This document shows positions 61,405 through 64,000 of a stretch of DNA of 64,000 bases, in pieces. Origin of the DNA: an uncultured Actinomycetes bacterium (GTDB lineage: Bacteria > Actinomycetota > Thermoleophilia > UBA2241); NCBI GenBank assembly GCA_963725665.1, contig CAVRZA010000002.1, positions 384,001 to 448,000 of the forward strand, read 5' to 3'. Each line of letters starts with the position of its first letter. The stretch's first letter is position 1. The position numbers and the translations under genes were made by a program. The notes under the pieces were generated by a model that was not told the DNA's origin, searched no databases, and was given only the letters and a program-made list of their open reading frames with translations.

Positions 61405-63690
61405 ATGAGGCTCATCGTCACAGAGAAGGACTCCGCCGCGCAGAAGATCGCCCAGATCCTGGGCGGCGATGTGCGCACTCTCGAGCACGGAAGGGGCAAG
61501 CAGCGGGTCAAGTCCTACCACTTCACCTGGCAGGACGAGGAGGCGGTGGCCGTCGGCCTGCGCGGTCACGTCATGGAGACCGTCTTCCCCGAGTCCTACC
61601 GGCGCTGGAGCCTCAAATACATGGAAGAGATGATCGGGGAGCCGCGCCTGGCGTGGGTCACCGACGGCGGTGCGGCGAGCACCATCGCCGCCCTGCGCGA
61701 GGCCGCCAAGGGCGCCACTGAGGTCATCATCGCGACCGACTACGACCGCGAGGGTGAGTTGATCGGCGAGGAGGCGCTGGCGCTCCTGCGCGGCGACGCG
61801 CTGCGGCGGCACCCCGACGACAAGGGCGAGAAGCCGAAACGCAAGGCGCGACGCGGGTCGCGGGCGGCGGGCGACGGCGACGGCAAGACGGCCGAGAGGA
61901 CGCCGCCGCCGCCCGCTGCCGACGGCGACCCGCACATCAAAGCCATGCTGCCGCAGAAGGTCGTCGACCGCCACCACCGAGCGCGCTATTCGGCCCTCAC
62001 TCCCGGGGAGGTCAAGCGCGCTTTCGGCAAGCTCTCGACGGTTGACGTGAGTCTCGCCGAGGCAGCGCACACGCGGCAGGACATAGACCTCATCTGGGGC
62101 GCCGTGCTGACGCGCTTCTTCTCGCTCGTCACCTACCGCTACGGCGCCGACTACCTCTCGATCGGCCGCGTGCAGACGCCGACCCTGCGTCTGGTCGTCG
62201 AGCGCGAGCGCGAGCGGCTCGCCTTCGTGCCCGTGCCCTACTGGGACGTGAAGGCCGACCTCGAGGCGCGCGGTGAGCGCCTCGCGGCCGAGCATGCCCA
62301 CGGTCGCTTCGCGACCGAGGCCGAGGCCGAGAAGGCGCTCGCCGCCGCCCGCGTGAAGACCGCCACGGTCACCGGCTACAAGGCCGAGCCGCGCTCGCTC
62401 GCGCCGCCGCCGCCGTTCAACACCACCGGCCTCATGAGCGCCGCCTCGGGCGCCGGCATCTCGCCGGCACGCGCCATGAAGGCGGCCGAGTCCCTCTATC
62501 TCGACGGCCTTATCAGCTACCCGCGCACCGACAACACGGTGTATCCGTCCTCTCTCGACCTGCACGCCATCCTGCGCGCTCTGACGCGCCACGAGCCGAT
62601 CGCCGCCGTTGCCTCCGACCTTGCCTCCCAGGCGCGGCTCAAGCCGACGCGGGGCAAGAAGCGCACCACCGACCACCCCCCGATCTACCCCGTCGGTGTG
62701 CCTGGGGCGCCGCTCTCGGGCGAGCGAGCGCGTGTCTACGATCTCGTCACGCGGCGCTTCCTCGCGACGCTGCTGCCGGCGGCCGTGATCGAGGGCCAGC
62801 GTCTCGACGTGCTGCTCGGGAGCGAGCCGTTCGTGGCCCGCGGCAGCCGCGTCGCGAGCCCCGGGTTCCTGCGTGCCTGGCAGCCCTACACGGCCCAGCG
62901 TGACAAGCCGCTGCCGACACTATCGGAGGGCGACGAGCTGACCGTCCTCGACGTGCGCAGCGAGGCCAAAGAGACCCAGCCGCCGGCGCGCTTCGGGCAA
63001 GGTCCGCTGATCGAGAAGATGGAGGAGCTCGACCTGGGCACGAAGGCGACGCGAGCCGACATCATCCAGCATCTCTACGACCGCGGCTACGTACGCGACA
63101 ACCCGGTCGAGCCGACCAGGCTCGGTATGGCCCTGATCGACGCCTGCGACGCCGCCATGAAGGACTCCCCGCGCGACGTGTCGTCGCCGGCGATGACGGC
63201 CGAGCTCGAGCGCGAGATGGACTCCATCAGCGTCAACGAACTGCAGCGGCGGGGCGTGGTCGAGGAGAGCCAGAAGATGCTCGGTCAGGCGCACAAGCAG
63301 CTTGCCACCAACGCCGACGAGATCAAGCGCATCATCCTCGGCGCCTTGCGTGAGGACACGATCCTCGGCACCTGCTCGAACTGCGGCGGCGAGCTGCGCA
63401 TGATGCGCGGCAAGACGACGGGCAAACGCTTCGTCGCCTGCTGGGGCAAGGCGGGAGAGGAACCCAAGGTCCCCGAAGGCGCTCCGCCGGGCACCAAGCC
63501 GCGGCGCGGCTGCGGGCAGACGTTCCCGCTGCCGCAGTACGGTGCTATCATCCCTACAGGCACGATGTGCCCCGAGTGCGGCTGGCCGCAGATCAAAGTG
63601 CTCAAATCGGGTGGACGCGGGCGACCGTGGACGCTCTGTCTGGATCCGGATTGTCCCACCAAAGAGAAGTACTCCAAGGCCAAGCGGTAG
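61405..63690 (+). CDS. topA: Type IA DNA topoisomerase (archaeal TopA-like)
   Basis: TEK, GH, ATDYDREGE, GRVQTPTL, ISYPRTD, DHPPI, GTKATR; C-terminal Cys zinc ribbons. Confidence 0.93.
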   Translation: MRLIVTEKDSAAQKIAQILGGDVRTLEHGRGKQRVKSYHFTWQDEEAVAVGLRGHVMETVFPESYRRWSLKYMEEMIGEPRLAWVTDGGAASTIAALREAAKGATEVIIATDYDREGELIGEEALALLRGDALRRHPDDKGEKPKRKARRGSRAAGDGDGKTAERTPPPPAADGDPHIKAMLPQKVVDRHHRARYSALTPGEVKRAFGKLSTVDVSLAEAAHTRQDIDLIWGAVLTRFFSLVTYRYGADYLSIGRVQTPTLRLVVERERERLAFVPVPYWDVKADLEARGERLAAEHAHGRFATEAEAEKALAAARVKTATVTGYKAEPRSLAPPPPFNTTGLMSAASGAGISPARAMKAAESLYLDGLISYPRTDNTVYPSSLDLHAILRALTRHEPIAAVASDLASQARLKPTRGKKRTTDHPPIYPVGVPGAPLSGERARVYDLVTRRFLATLLPAAVIEGQRLDVLLGSEPFVARGSRVASPGFLRAWQPYTAQRDKPLPTLSEGDELTVLDVRSEAKETQPPARFGQGPLIEKMEELDLGTKATRADIIQHLYDRGYVRDNPVEPTRLGMALIDACDAAMKDSPRDVSSPAMTAELEREMDSISVNELQRRGVVEESQKMLGQAHKQLATNADEIKRIILGALREDTILGTCSNCGGELRMMRGKTTGKRFVACWGKAGEEPKVPEGAPPGTKPRRGCGQTFPLPQYGAIIPTGTMCPECGWPQIKVLKSGGRGRPWTLCLDPDCPTKEKYSKAKR

Positions 63691-63724
63691 TCTCTGCTCT
63701 GCTGTCCGCGAGAGCGCGCGGGCG

Positions 63725-64000
63725 ATGATGCCAAACCAAGTAGCCGCGACCACGCGGCCGGAGTCATCACGGCGGCGCTCGGGCCTCTTCGTGACCTTCG
63801 AGGGCATCGACAAGTCGGGCAAGACGACCCAGGTCGACCTCTTGCGCGAAGCCCTCGTCGGGCGCGGCGTGCCGGTGGGGTACGAAGGGCACCCCGGCGA
63901 GACCCTGCGTGAACCCGGCGGTACGCCTGTCGGTGAGGAGCTGCGCCTACTCCTTCTGCACCGCCGCCACGACATCGCCGCTGAGACCGAGGCTCTCCTC
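63725..64000 (+). CDS. tmk: dTMP kinase, N-terminal part (runs off the window end)
   Basis: Manual translation GLFVTFEGIDKSGKTTQ...REPGGTPVGEELR...EALL. Confidence 0.93.
   Translation, partial: MMPNQVAATTRPESSRRRSGLFVTFEGIDKSGKTTQVDLLREALVGRGVPVGYEGHPGETLREPGGTPVGEELRLLLLHRRHDIAAETEALL

Overview
GC-rich bacterial chromosome segment, most likely from a deep-branching actinobacterium (Thermoleophilia-like; inferred from the fhaA-fhaB-pstP-rodA-pbpA-pknB cluster, the pheA/serS/tRNA-Ser/tadA synteny and the anti-anti-sigma-topA-tmk order). Core content: six tRNAs (all four Ser, Arg-ACG, Leu-CAG), tadA, serS, pheA, the Ser/Thr kinase cell-wall cluster, topA and tmk. Two accessory blocks stand out. 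(1) About 6.8-18.7 kb, between tadA and tRNA-Arg, holds an unannotated promoter-driven ~145-nt structured RNA, a truncated IS21 and a divalent-cation module (CaCA antiporter behind a variant yybP-ykoY riboswitch, OmpR-type two-component system, secreted Asp/Cys-repeat protein, P-type ATPase with PNGL in TM4). (2) 20.0-31.1 kb is a Wood-Ljungdahl CODH/ACS operon (cooS-acsB-acsD-acsC-acsV-cooC-acsE) led by a Cys-less HMA-fold protein (WADHH), with a His-rich tail on CooS. TopA looks archaeal-type. Several 1-bp frameshifts (12995 and 35.5-41.6 kb, including serS) probably reflect sequencing error. All family calls come from motif recognition by eye; no searches were run.
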